Source of the DNA: Thermoguttaceae bacterium
GTDB taxonomy: Bacteria > Planctomycetota > Planctomycetia > Pirellulales > Thermoguttaceae
DNA length: 64,000 bases
Assembly: GCA_050013075.1 (NCBI GenBank)
Contig: JBEKFZ010000005.1
Span: forward strand, 16,065 to 80,064
Direction: 5' to 3'
Shown one piece after another: positions 23,944 through 33,642 of this stretch. The notes under the pieces were generated by a model that saw only the letters and a program-made list of their open reading frames with translations, was not told where the DNA came from and made no database searches. A program made the translations under genes and the position numbers. The first letter of the stretch is position 1. Every line of letters begins with the position of its first letter.

Positions 23944-25692
23944 CTAACGCCTAGTCTTCTTGATGCTTTCATCGAGAGCATGTTTTACTTCAAGGAATCT
24001 CTTGCTTGAGCCACCGCAAATGCCGCCTCTTAATGGGGGCCAATTGTCTCCGCACCTTTTTTGTTCAGTCTCGATTTCTCCCACGATGTTACCAGCGTCG
24101 GGATACCAAAACTGCCTTCCAAATCGGCCAATCGGCATGTCTTTTATGTTGTATATATCGCCATAACATATTGCAGACAAGTATTCATATCGGTCAAACA
24201 GCTTCTCATAGCGTCGGTCGTCGGGTTCGATAGCTCGGAGCGGATTACGCAGGAGTCTGTACAGGTAGTCACTGACAGCGACGTTGCTTTGAGTTCCTGC
24301 TGCAACCTGGAATGTCCTCCTGAAGTCCCACAATGCTGTTAGAATCCCGGCTGCTTTTTCCTCGACCCGTTGTCTGTGAAGCGTCAGTGACGCAATAGTA
24401 ACGTTTGAGAGTAGGCTGCTCAACAGGCCATAATCTTCGGCGGCTACCGCTGCTAGGCCACCCCCGTACAAAAGAAGCAGGGGGGGATAATGCGTCAGAT
24501 CGGGGTCACCTACGAAATTGAGTTCCTCTATCGACGGGCTGCTTATCCATTCGAGAGATCGAATCCACAGTTGATGATGCGGGGGCTTGCCCCAACGGCA
24601 ACCATGAATGAAAAGATGTAGTAGTGTGTCCACACGAGTCTCGTACTGCTCCAGGCGGTGCTTAATAGAATCCGGGGTATCTGTGCATGTTTTTCTTAGG
24701 AAGTCTTGGTCTAACACGGCTCGACGAGTTCTCTCAGTCTCCTCATCGATTAGATCGTGCAGTCTGATTGCGTGTTTATTTTCGACTATGTATCGTTTCA
24801 GAGTTGCGACAGCCACCTTGGCCGTCATTGGATGAGGCTGTGTCAGGTCGTCCAGACTAATCACCTTTTCGGTTAGCTGGGGAAAGAACGAGTCTGCCCC
24901 CGACGTTGAGAGGACTACAGCCCTCCGCAAAGCAATGAGGGGCTTTGCTAATTCAATCGGCTCGCTTCTGGAAACCCAATAGGTGGTGAATCTGTGTCCT
25001 TTGCACCGCTCCAACGCTGCTCGGAGTGCCGTGTCCCATTCAGCCGACCACCCGCACACGATTAGGCCATACTCGTCGAAGATTCGATCGAGTAGGCTAT
25101 TGGTCCGATCATCGTACTTCTCCAACTCATGCGGGGCATTCTTGATGCGGGTGTCGAGGTAATCACCATGAACTTTGAATACAGTGCAGCGAGCATGGGC
25201 AAGTGGCAAAGCCCCTTCAATGGCGTCTGGTGAAGCTATCACTTGAGGCTGAACTCCCACCTCTTCAAGTGCCTTTTCCATTAGTTTATCAAAGTTAGTT
25301 GTAACAATAACTTTGATGAAACCATGTTCAACCAGAGAAGCCACTGCCCGATGAGCGGGTGTGGGAACCTTCTTTCCTTCTTCTCTTTCCTCTGGTGTTG
25401 GCTCGAAATAGGGTCTTAAAAGTTGATTCCGTTCGCTGGGGGATTTAGCGAGTTCATCTAGGAGAATAGAGTAATCAGGATCTTTCCCGAATGATGTTCT
25501 AAACCATGCTGCGGGATCTGGTTCACAGTCCTCTTTTTTCAGATGTGCCAACTTTCGAGTGAGGTCGAGGACTATTTCCCAACCTGTTGGTATTCCTGCC
25601 GACCTGGACACCCCAGAACCGAGTAGCACAGCATAGCAACCTTTGTTCGAATGAATAGTGATTGCTAAAGAAAGCATTGGGTCCATTAGCAA
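23944..25692 (-). CDS. SIR2-like (SIR2_2 type) protein with ~300-aa unassigned helical C-terminal domain
   Basis: GSGVSRSAGIPTGWEI, VTTNFDKLMEKAL and VFKVHGDY are motifs typical of bacterial defence-associated sirtuin-like NADase domains. Confidence 0.75.
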   Translation of the reverse strand: MLMDPMLSLAITIHSNKGCYAVLLGSGVSRSAGIPTGWEIVLDLTRKLAHLKKEDCEPDPAAWFRTSFGKDPDYSILLDELAKSPSERNQLLRPYFEPTPEEREEGKKVPTPAHRAVASLVEHGFIKVIVTTNFDKLMEKALEEVGVQPQVIASPDAIEGALPLAHARCTVFKVHGDYLDTRIKNAPHELEKYDDRTNSLLDRIFDEYGLIVCGWSAEWDTALRAALERCKGHRFTTYWVSRSEPIELAKPLIALRRAVVLSTSGADSFFPQLTEKVISLDDLTQPHPMTAKVAVATLKRYIVENKHAIRLHDLIDEETERTRRAVLDQDFLRKTCTDTPDSIKHRLEQYETRVDTLLHLFIHGCRWGKPPHHQLWIRSLEWISSPSIEELNFVGDPDLTHYPPLLLLYGGGLAAVAAEDYGLLSSLLSNVTIASLTLHRQRVEEKAAGILTALWDFRRTFQVAAGTQSNVAVSDYLYRLLRNPLRAIEPDDRRYEKLFDRYEYLSAICYGDIYNIKDMPIGRFGRQFWYPDAGNIVGEIETEQKRCGDNWPPLRGGICGGSSKRFLEVKHALDESIKKTRR

Positions 25693-25880
25693 CTCCTAGA
25701 AATAATATTCTTTCACTCCTTCAACCCCTCCACAATCAAACTAAACTGATCCAAAGCCGTTTGCAGGTCGTCGGCGATTTCCTGGGCTAAAACATCGGAA
25801 TCGGACAGATCGTAGGAATCATGTCACTATTTTCGACGTACTGTTCTCCGAACAGATTTCTTCTTTGCTACCTTGGCCAC

Positions 25881-26285
25881 CTACTTTTTTGCAGTCTTCT
25901 TGGCCACCTTCTTTTTTGGAGCTTTTGCCACTTTTTTCTTTGGAGCTTTCTTCGCAACTTTCTTCGCAGGTTTTTTCTTTGCCTTCTTGGCCGTATGTCG
26001 CTTTACTTTGTTGAGTATGTCTTTAGTGCGGATTAACTCTGCTGACGGCTGAACACCCGTTGCCTCAGCCGCTAATATGTTAGCCTCAGCGAGTGAAATG
26101 TCTGGATTATCATTTAATAGCTCTCGAAGAGCCGTAGATAGAAAAAGCTTATACTTTGTTTTGGAAGTTTTGGCTTTTAAAAGATTCAGAGCCCCTTTCA
26201 AACTACTTTTAACACTGTCAATTCCCACGGAACTCAGAATTGCTTCCAGCACCATGTTAATCTCTCCCATTTTGAAAAACCACAT
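25881..26285 (-). CDS. Histone H1-like lysine/alanine-rich protein
   Basis: C-terminal AKKAKKKPAKKVAKKAPKKKVAKAPKKKVAKKTAKK. The likely true start is the internal MVLEAIL. Confidence 0.6.
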   Translation of the reverse strand: MWFFKMGEINMVLEAILSSVGIDSVKSSLKGALNLLKAKTSKTKYKLFLSTALRELLNDNPDISLAEANILAAEATGVQPSAELIRTKDILNKVKRHTAKKAKKKPAKKVAKKAPKKKVAKAPKKKVAKKTAKK

Positions 26286-26303
26286 TCAATATAAAAACTA
26301 TCC

Positions 26304-29300
26304 TCACGCCACCCCTGCATAAATGCTCCGCTCTTCCCCGTAATACGAATCGTAAATGTGCCGATAAATCAAATCGCATTTTGCCCTAAACAGTTCAGGG
26401 GTATATGCACGAGGCAAGCTTTCGTCCAACACCATCTCTACGGTTCGCAAAACGTCGGCTCGGGCTTGCTGCTTTTTTCGCCAATCCAAAACAAGTTTTC
26501 CTGTCTTGAGGGTTTCGAGTAAGCCCTTCGCCGCCTTTTTTACCTGATTTATCTCAGCGTCAGTCATTTCGATCTCGGGTTTGGTGAGAATATCGAATAC
26601 AGCCAATTCCTCCTCCGAAAGTTGCTCCGCTACGCCACGCTGTTCCTCCTCGCTTAAATCCTTCGCAAACGCCAACAGGCGGTCAAAGAATATTTGCACA
26701 TCCAAACCGCTGTTGTATTCGTCAATCAATTGTTTGAATGTTTCGAGATAATCAATTCGGCTCTTGTTTAACCGAACCATCTGTTGAATTCTCCCACTGA
26801 TCCTTCTTTTGAGTTTTTCGGCTTCGGTGCGTTTCCGCCCTTTAGTGAAGCGATCTTTCAATCCCTCAAAGTCGATCTTGCCCAAATCAATAATCGAGGT
26901 TTCATCACTGTCCTTGATTTCGTAGCCTGTGGGCGAGATGGACTCATCAAGTAACTGCTCCACTCCCACCATCACCTCTTCGACGGACACTTCAGGCAAG
27001 AACGAACGTATCTTTTCCATCAATACGGCAAAACAAGCCTTGATCGGAGCAAATTCATTGGCAGCATGGTCGGGAAGAATCGCTTTGTAAAGTCGCACGA
27101 CATCGTTTGCCAATAGTATAAACTGTTTTTTTAGTTCATCATTGACAATCACCTTTTCCACGGCGTCATCAACAGCCGCCACTACCTGCTTGTCCACCAG
27201 ATTGGCAGCAGCATCGTCTAAAAAAGCAACTCTCTGAAATCCCGCCGAATTGATGATCGGTTCTATTGAAACACCTCGCTTCTGGCAAAAATGGTTTGCC
27301 TCGTCGATGGCTACCCGCAGTGCCTTGATCAGTTCTTCCTTGTCCTGGACTGGTGTTTCACCTTCTTTAACACCGCCGCCGGCCGCAGAACCATAGATTG
27401 CCAATGCCTTCTGCAAATCTCGGAACACCCCCACGTAATCCACGATTAGTCCATTGTTTTTCTCGCCAAATACTCGATTTGCCCGAGCAATAGTTTGCAT
27501 CAGGGTGTGGTTTCGCATCGGCTTGTCTAAATAAATTGTGGAAACGCAGGGGGCATCAAAACCCGTCATCCACATTGCACAGACAAACACAATCCGAAAT
27601 GGGTCGCTAGGGTCTTTGAACTTGGTTTCTAAGTCCTCCTTTATCATCCGTTTGCGATGGGTTTCAATATCCAGCCCTTTCTTTTGGAACTCTTCGACCT
27701 CGTTCTGGGCAGAAGATATTACTACCGCCATGTCAGTTTCTTCCATGAACTTGATCTTGGCTATTAGATCGGGGCGTTCCAAAACATCACAAACTGCAAG
27801 GCGTGCTTTCAGATCACCCAAATATGCCTTCCAATACTTTTGCACCTTGTCATACATTTTCACCGCAGTGAAGCGGTCGATACATACCACCATTCCCTTG
27901 TCTGATACACCCCGACCCATGAAATGAGAAACCAAATCCTCAGCAACCTTCTCTAAACGGTCGTCCCGAGTAATTAGATGGTATTCTCTGGCAAATGTCC
28001 GCTCTAGTTTTTTCTGCTGTTCCTCGTCTAAGTCGGCAGCCTCGATCAAATCTTCCAAGTCCTCTTTCAAATGCTCATTGGTCAACTGCAATTCAGGAAT
28101 GCGGTTTTCATAAAACAGAGGAACTGTTGCTCCATCTTCAATCGACTGGCGGAAATTGTAAATACTGACATAATCCCCAAAGACTTTTTTGGTCTTTTCC
28201 TCTCCTGCCATCAATGGGGTGCCAGTAAAGGCTATGAAGGCTGCATTGGGTAAGGCGTTTCGCATGTTCAAGGCAAAGGTGTCGTACTGGCTGCGATGGG
28301 CTTCATCAGCAATCACGATGATGTCCGAACGGTCGGACAATTTATCATATTTCTCCCCTTTGTTGGTATGGAACTTTTGGATCAGCGTAAAAATCTGGCG
28401 ATGATCCTCGGTAAGGAGTTGTTTGAGATGGTCGCCGCTAGTCGCCTGGATATGCTCTTCGGTGACTGCCCCCGTATTCTTGAAATTTTTGGCAATCTGG
28501 TCGTCCAGGTCATCCCGATCTGTCACAACCACAAAAGTCCAATTGCCTGGAACTTTACGGAGAACTTTTTGGGAAAAGAAGACCATCGAAAAGCTTTTGC
28601 CGCTTCCCTGTGTATGCCAGAAGACGCCGAGTTTGCCTTGATTATGTTGGATTTCATCCAAGGCGTTGATGGCCTTGTTGACACCTAAATACTGATGGTT
28701 CTTCGCCACCAATTTAATCAGTCCCCCTTTGGCTTCCTCAAACACGATGAAGTTTTCCACAATGTCCAGAAAACGAGTTTTTTCACACGTTCCTCGAATC
28801 ATCGTTTCAAGCGACACCACCCCTTGTTCGCCTTCGTCGTTGATCCGCTTCCAATCGGCAAAATGTTCCCAACCTGCCGTGATGCTGCCGACTTTGGCTT
28901 CGCTGCCATTGGAGAGGATGATGAAGGCGTTATACCAAAAAAGTTGGGGGATAGTATTTTTGTAATCCCTAAGGTTGTGCTTGTAGGCATTTTCCAACCG
29001 ACTGTGGGATTTTTTGAGTTCGATGAAGATTAGCGGCAATCCGTTGATGAAGCCCACCAGATCGGCACGCCGCTTGTAAATTTCACCCGAGACCCAGAAT
29101 TGTGAAGCCAAAAAGAAATCGTTGTTTTCAGGATTGTTCCAGTCGATTATTTTGACCTTTTCATCGTTTTCCTCATCTTCTTCTGATTGGAGGGATGGAT
29201 TGAATCTGTTTTTCAGTAGTTTATATACTTCACGGTTCGCCTGGGCTGGACTCATCATGCTGCGATCCTTGCCCAATTCTTCGATGGCAAAGGAGATCGC

Positions 29301-29510
29301 TTCCGAGGGCAGATCAGGATTCAATCTCTCCAATGCCGCACGCAGTCGTGGTACAAGGATTACTTCCCCACTGGTTTCCCGCCCTAATGTTCCTTGTTCG
29401 CCAAAAGTTTCGTTGTAGCAATTGGCGGTTTCGTATTCTAAATCACTGAATAAGGCAATTGCGGGTTGTTCGACTAAGGCATCTTCGGAGTAGTTGGTAT
29501 GGGAAACCAT
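26304..29510 (-). CDS. hsdR: Type I restriction enzyme R subunit
   Basis: 1068 aa with Walker A TQGSGKSFSM and DEAH box IVIADEAHRSQ. Downstream of hsdM-hsdS. Confidence 0.9.
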   Translation of the reverse strand: MVSHTNYSEDALVEQPAIALFSDLEYETANCYNETFGEQGTLGRETSGEVILVPRLRAALERLNPDLPSEAISFAIEELGKDRSMMSPAQANREVYKLLKNRFNPSLQSEEDEENDEKVKIIDWNNPENNDFFLASQFWVSGEIYKRRADLVGFINGLPLIFIELKKSHSRLENAYKHNLRDYKNTIPQLFWYNAFIILSNGSEAKVGSITAGWEHFADWKRINDEGEQGVVSLETMIRGTCEKTRFLDIVENFIVFEEAKGGLIKLVAKNHQYLGVNKAINALDEIQHNQGKLGVFWHTQGSGKSFSMVFFSQKVLRKVPGNWTFVVVTDRDDLDDQIAKNFKNTGAVTEEHIQATSGDHLKQLLTEDHRQIFTLIQKFHTNKGEKYDKLSDRSDIIVIADEAHRSQYDTFALNMRNALPNAAFIAFTGTPLMAGEEKTKKVFGDYVSIYNFRQSIEDGATVPLFYENRIPELQLTNEHLKEDLEDLIEAADLDEEQQKKLERTFAREYHLITRDDRLEKVAEDLVSHFMGRGVSDKGMVVCIDRFTAVKMYDKVQKYWKAYLGDLKARLAVCDVLERPDLIAKIKFMEETDMAVVISSAQNEVEEFQKKGLDIETHRKRMIKEDLETKFKDPSDPFRIVFVCAMWMTGFDAPCVSTIYLDKPMRNHTLMQTIARANRVFGEKNNGLIVDYVGVFRDLQKALAIYGSAAGGGVKEGETPVQDKEELIKALRVAIDEANHFCQKRGVSIEPIINSAGFQRVAFLDDAAANLVDKQVVAAVDDAVEKVIVNDELKKQFILLANDVVRLYKAILPDHAANEFAPIKACFAVLMEKIRSFLPEVSVEEVMVGVEQLLDESISPTGYEIKDSDETSIIDLGKIDFEGLKDRFTKGRKRTEAEKLKRRISGRIQQMVRLNKSRIDYLETFKQLIDEYNSGLDVQIFFDRLLAFAKDLSEEEQRGVAEQLSEEELAVFDILTKPEIEMTDAEINQVKKAAKGLLETLKTGKLVLDWRKKQQARADVLRTVEMVLDESLPRAYTPELFRAKCDLIYRHIYDSYYGEERSIYAGVA

Positions 29511-29525
29511 CGGATATTCCTCATG

Positions 29526-30803
29526 CTATGTGGCATCTTCGACAGGAGATTCGTCCACAGTAATGTCCAGATCTTCAACATCAATTTGACCAGAAATTAA
29601 CTTGGGTAAGAGAAGGTCACGGGTGGTGCAGAGATTTTCATTCTTATTTGCGAGTGTAAAGACATGCTTAAATAATGGCCCCATAAGCAAGGCGAATAAT
29701 TCCATGACCTTCGATTCAGGTTGAGCAATAAAATACTTTTTGAAACAATCTTCTTGAACACGCTGCCTTCCAGTTGCTCCACTCATGCTTTTAATGGCAT
29801 TACCTCTGAACTCATCCAAGCGAGCCATAAGATACACATATTCTGGGCAGACTGTTCTTGATCGCAACACGATAAACTCGGTTGAACCAAATGCCACATC
29901 CCTATCAGAAGGTAAGAATTGAACGAAAGCCGTTTTCCCATTCTCTAAGCAAGGAGTAATTCGAGCAAAAAGAGTATCGCCATTTTTAAATTTAGAGCCA
30001 CTGTTTCCCGTCCGCATTTCGATTTCAGATTCATCAATCAACATTGTGTTGTGTGGTACAGCACCCATTGATACAAATGGTTTTTCTCCTTCTCTGGGCA
30101 CTGTCGTCCTGGGATTGATAAAAACGGCGTCCTCAACATTGACAACCTCCCACCCCTCGGGAATCTTTCCCAACGGCGAATCGACCATTTTCACCTTTTC
30201 ATGACCAGGAAAACGGAAGTTGACGAACCTCTCCCGATAGATCGCCTGAGCCATTTCTTCAAGGATTGCAATGCGGCGGGTGTTGTTTTCGATCAGATCG
30301 TCGTATGCGGAAAGTATCGAGGCGATTTTACGTTGGGCGGGGAGGGGAGGAACTATAATTGGGAAATTGGAAAAGGCTGTCTTGTTGACGATTGGGGTGG
30401 CCGCTCCGCCCGCAATGCCAACAATCTCGTTTCGTAAGGTTCGGAGCAGACTATAGGCGAAGTATGGATCATGCCGTTGGGGGTTGACGATGACGCTATT
30501 GATCTGCTGATTTGTGAAACTCTCACGGCCCGTCATGCAAATCTTGCCAATCGTCGCACCGATGCATGTAAAACAAACTGTACTCTTTAGAAGCAAAAGA
30601 TTCTTCTGAGTTTCACGCCCTTCTTCTGACAGGAAGCGTTCGGTCTTTATACGAACACAGTCAAAGTCCATATCAGTTGGCGTGATGAATGGGTATACTT
30701 CTCCGAAGAGTTCTGGGTGCGTCGAAGGTGGGGTCTTCCCCGTGACCACTTTCCCGAGTTGGCCTATGGTAAGATTCTCCCATCTATCGTGATTGCGGTT
30801 CAT
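29526..30803 (-). CDS. hsdS: Type I restriction-modification S (specificity) subunit
   Basis: 425 aa with two target-recognition halves separated by conserved helices ([33 protein letters not shown]; [17 protein letters not shown]). ATGA overlap with hsdM. Confidence 0.85.
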   Translation of the reverse strand: MNRNHDRWENLTIGQLGKVVTGKTPPSTHPELFGEVYPFITPTDMDFDCVRIKTERFLSEEGRETQKNLLLLKSTVCFTCIGATIGKICMTGRESFTNQQINSVIVNPQRHDPYFAYSLLRTLRNEIVGIAGGAATPIVNKTAFSNFPIIVPPLPAQRKIASILSAYDDLIENNTRRIAILEEMAQAIYRERFVNFRFPGHEKVKMVDSPLGKIPEGWEVVNVEDAVFINPRTTVPREGEKPFVSMGAVPHNTMLIDESEIEMRTGNSGSKFKNGDTLFARITPCLENGKTAFVQFLPSDRDVAFGSTEFIVLRSRTVCPEYVYLMARLDEFRGNAIKSMSGATGRQRVQEDCFKKYFIAQPESKVMELFALLMGPLFKHVFTLANKNENLCTTRDLLLPKLISGQIDVEDLDITVDESPVEDAT

Positions 30804-32353
30804 CCTTCCGCCTCCAACAACTTCGCCACGTTCTCCCCAATCCGTTCCTCCAATTCCCGTGCTTCGCTGTTCAGAACTTCTAATTCCTCATTCAATTCTT
30901 CCAGCTTTTCGGCAAAAACAAATCCATCATCCTCCCGTTCGGCTACCCCGACATAACGACCAGGATTCAGACTCCATCCCTGGGCTTCAATATCCTTTAA
31001 TGTTGCAACTTTGCATAATCCCGCAACATCAACGTATTTCCCCTTTGGGAAATGTTCCTTCATCAATTTTTGGCTGCCGTTATCTGTTTCGGATTCTTCG
31101 CCACGATACAACCGCACAATATTTGCAAGAAACTCAATCTGTTCGGGCAGGAACTCCCGATGAGCACGGTCAATCTGGTTGTAAATGTGTCTAGCATCGA
31201 TGAACAGCACTTTGTCCTTGCGTGGCGTTTGTTTCTTCCCCTTGTCCAAGAACCAAAGGGTGCAAGGCAGCGTGACCGTGTAGAAAAAGTTTGGCCCAAT
31301 TGAAATCATCACATCCACTGCCTGGGCTTGGAGCAGTTTTTTTCTGATCTCCATTTCAGACTGGCGTGCATCGGCTGCCGAGTTCGCCATTACAAATCCT
31401 GCCCGACCGTTGGATGCCAGGGAACTATAAAAAATCTCGATCCAAAGGTAGTTGGCATTGTCAGGCTTTGGCATTCCAAAGGGGAAGCGGGGATCGTCTT
31501 TGATTTTCTCCTTGTCCACCTTGTCTACATTAAATGGTGGATTTGCCATTACGAAGTTGAATCTGCCCACACTGCCGTGGAGATCTTCATAATAGGTATT
31601 CCCTTGTCGAATGTCGCCTGAAAGTCCATGCACGGCAAGGTTCATCCGACAAAGCCGAACGGTTTCTGCTACTCGTTCCTGACCGAAGACGGAGATTTCA
31701 CTACTGGGATTCTTTTTGTGGTTGGCAACAAACCTTGCACTTTGCACGAACATACCGCCCGATCCACAAGCTGGATCAAAAATCCGTCCATGATACGGCT
31801 CGATGACTTCCACAATCAGCTTGACCAGACAGGTGGGCGTAAAAAATTCTCCTCCCTTTTGCCCTTCCGCCCTAGCGAAATTGCCGAGGAAGTATTCATA
31901 AATCTTCCCAAATGTATCGCCCTCGGCATCCATTGGGATTTGGGAAAAGTTTTTGAGCAAGGCGAAGAGAGTATCGTTTTCCAAACGATTGTAAGTCTTG
32001 GGTAGCACGTCCTTGAGTTCCTCATTCTCGGCTTCTATTGCCTTCATGGCATCATTGATCGCCTTGCCTATATTCTCTCCCTCGGGCAAGGCCAGCAATT
32101 TTGAGAATCGAGCGGTCGGGGGTAGATACATGACCCCCTTGGCTTGATAGTCCGCTTTGCCGATGGAACGTCGTCCCGTGCTTTTCCCCGAGAGTTCCTT
32201 TTCGGCAACGCTGAATTTGTGGTCGGCGTAGCGGAGAAAGATCAGACCGAGGACAGGCACCGAGTATTCGGAAGATTTGAGTTTGGAATTTGCCCGCAAT
32301 TCATCGGCGGAATCCCAAAGCCGTTTTTCAATTTCGCTGTGGTTGTTGGCCAT
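30800..32353 (-). CDS. hsdM: Type I restriction-modification M subunit (N6-adenine methyltransferase)
   Basis: [11 protein letters not shown] (motif I) and VMANPPFN (motif IV), with an HsdM N-terminal-type helical region. Confidence 0.9.
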   Translation of the reverse strand: MANNHSEIEKRLWDSADELRANSKLKSSEYSVPVLGLIFLRYADHKFSVAEKELSGKSTGRRSIGKADYQAKGVMYLPPTARFSKLLALPEGENIGKAINDAMKAIEAENEELKDVLPKTYNRLENDTLFALLKNFSQIPMDAEGDTFGKIYEYFLGNFARAEGQKGGEFFTPTCLVKLIVEVIEPYHGRIFDPACGSGGMFVQSARFVANHKKNPSSEISVFGQERVAETVRLCRMNLAVHGLSGDIRQGNTYYEDLHGSVGRFNFVMANPPFNVDKVDKEKIKDDPRFPFGMPKPDNANYLWIEIFYSSLASNGRAGFVMANSAADARQSEMEIRKKLLQAQAVDVMISIGPNFFYTVTLPCTLWFLDKGKKQTPRKDKVLFIDARHIYNQIDRAHREFLPEQIEFLANIVRLYRGEESETDNGSQKLMKEHFPKGKYVDVAGLCKVATLKDIEAQGWSLNPGRYVGVAEREDDGFVFAEKLEELNEELEVLNSEARELEERIGENVAKLLEAEG

Positions 32354-32407
32354 GGTAAAAAATGCAGAGCCATAAAATGTAAACTATTTTGTACAATGGT
32401 GCAGATT

Positions 32408-33046
32408 TTAGTCCGCTACAATATGCGTTTCCAATTTGGACTGCATCACTTTGTATTTTTCAATCTTTTCTGGATAAGGGTAGCAAGCAGTCAGAAAATC
32501 AAAAGCAAAATCTTTTAGACGACGGCCAGTAGGAGTGAAGAATCCCAATCTTTCAAGATTGTGAAAACTTATGTTTGTTTGTTCAGCAGACAATTTGGTA
32601 GCCTTTGCAATATCGCCGATTTGATTTCTTGGTTCAATGTATTCGCCAGAAATCAAGGTGTCTAAAAACTTAACGTCTGCTGGTGCCATCGATTGCAGTA
32701 TATTGACAAAGGCTATATGACAAAAAGAACTATTTTGAATAGAACTTGTAAGCATCTCAGCCCACCACTCTTGAAGATCGGGATTCTCGGCATCTCCACA
32801 ATTTCTTAAAAATGGAACAACGAAGTCCCTCGGAAGTTGCCGAGATGATATTCCTCTGGCCTTGAGTTTAGCTGCCACTTTCTCAGCGATCTTCAATCGA
32901 TTCTCCCATTGCCAATAGGATACTTGGTCGCCCAACATTTCCCAAAGTTTCTTTGTTGGAATGGAAAGTATATTTTCAATCAAGGTGCAAGCCGTGTCTA
33001 AGGGTCGTCCTAAGTGTTTGGCAATTTCTTGAATTGTATTAGGCAT
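32408..33046 (-). CDS. Abi-alpha (DUF4393-like) abortive-infection-type protein heading the R-M operon
   Basis: ...VSYWQWENRLKIAEKVAAKLKARGI...PFLRNCGDAENPDLQEWWAEMLTSS...FVNILQSMAPADVKFLDTL follows the Abi_alpha pattern as I recall it. Confidence 0.6.
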   Translation of the reverse strand: MPNTIQEIAKHLGRPLDTACTLIENILSIPTKKLWEMLGDQVSYWQWENRLKIAEKVAAKLKARGISSRQLPRDFVVPFLRNCGDAENPDLQEWWAEMLTSSIQNSSFCHIAFVNILQSMAPADVKFLDTLISGEYIEPRNQIGDIAKATKLSAEQTNISFHNLERLGFFTPTGRRLKDFAFDFLTACYPYPEKIEKYKVMQSKLETHIVAD

Positions 33047-33642
33047 AATTCGAGCCCTTTTTGCCCCCTTGGGGCATCAACTATCATTCTATCCCCTACT
33101 TTCCCACAGTATTTCTCCAGCAACAGGTAGCCCGATCAAAAAACCCCTGCACAGTAAAACAGCCATTTTACCACAATGGGGGGTGCTTGCAAGCAGTCCA
33201 ATCTCTGAAAATGGCAATCTATCAGTCTAACAGGAAGGTCTCCCAATCCATGTCCAATCCCCCCTGCAAAAAGGCAGCAAAATTGTTGGCGACCATTTTA
33301 CGCCATTTTCTACCGAGAGACTGCCCATAAAGTCCTCGCAAGGACCAGATTGGGATGGAGGGGGAAAAGCACTAGGAGCCGAAAAGGAACGAAATGCACA
33401 ACAAACGGCTGGCAGAAATACTTTACAGTCGTATCTGCCTTTGTTATATTACGGTTTAGAGATTGTCTTCACAAAATCTGAAGCCTTAAGAGGCAGCTTA
33501 GCACCCGCAAAATAGCTCGATCATCCGAGGTTCTTTACCGGATGTGGTTGGGTGCGTTCTTTTTGTTCACGAGTTTGGTCGTGAGTCGTTGTTGCTGCTG
33601 TTTCAGGAGAGCAATCCAACCTTTGATAAGGGAAACAATACG

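Noticed and set aside
23944-25692. Assigning the SIR2-like gene to Thoeris (ThsA), SPARSA (SIR2-APAZ/pAgo), SIR2-HerA or DSR systems
   Set aside because: No TIR, pAgo or HerA gene lies nearby, the protein is far shorter than DSR1/DSR2, and I cannot recognise SLOG or APAZ motifs by eye in the C-terminal half. It is left as an unclassified SIR2-like gene.
33490-33515. Reading TTAGCACCCGCAAAATAGC as a sigma-54 promoter (rpoN is in the window)
   Set aside because: The -24 GG is absent, and the GG-N10-GC spacing does not fit in either copy.
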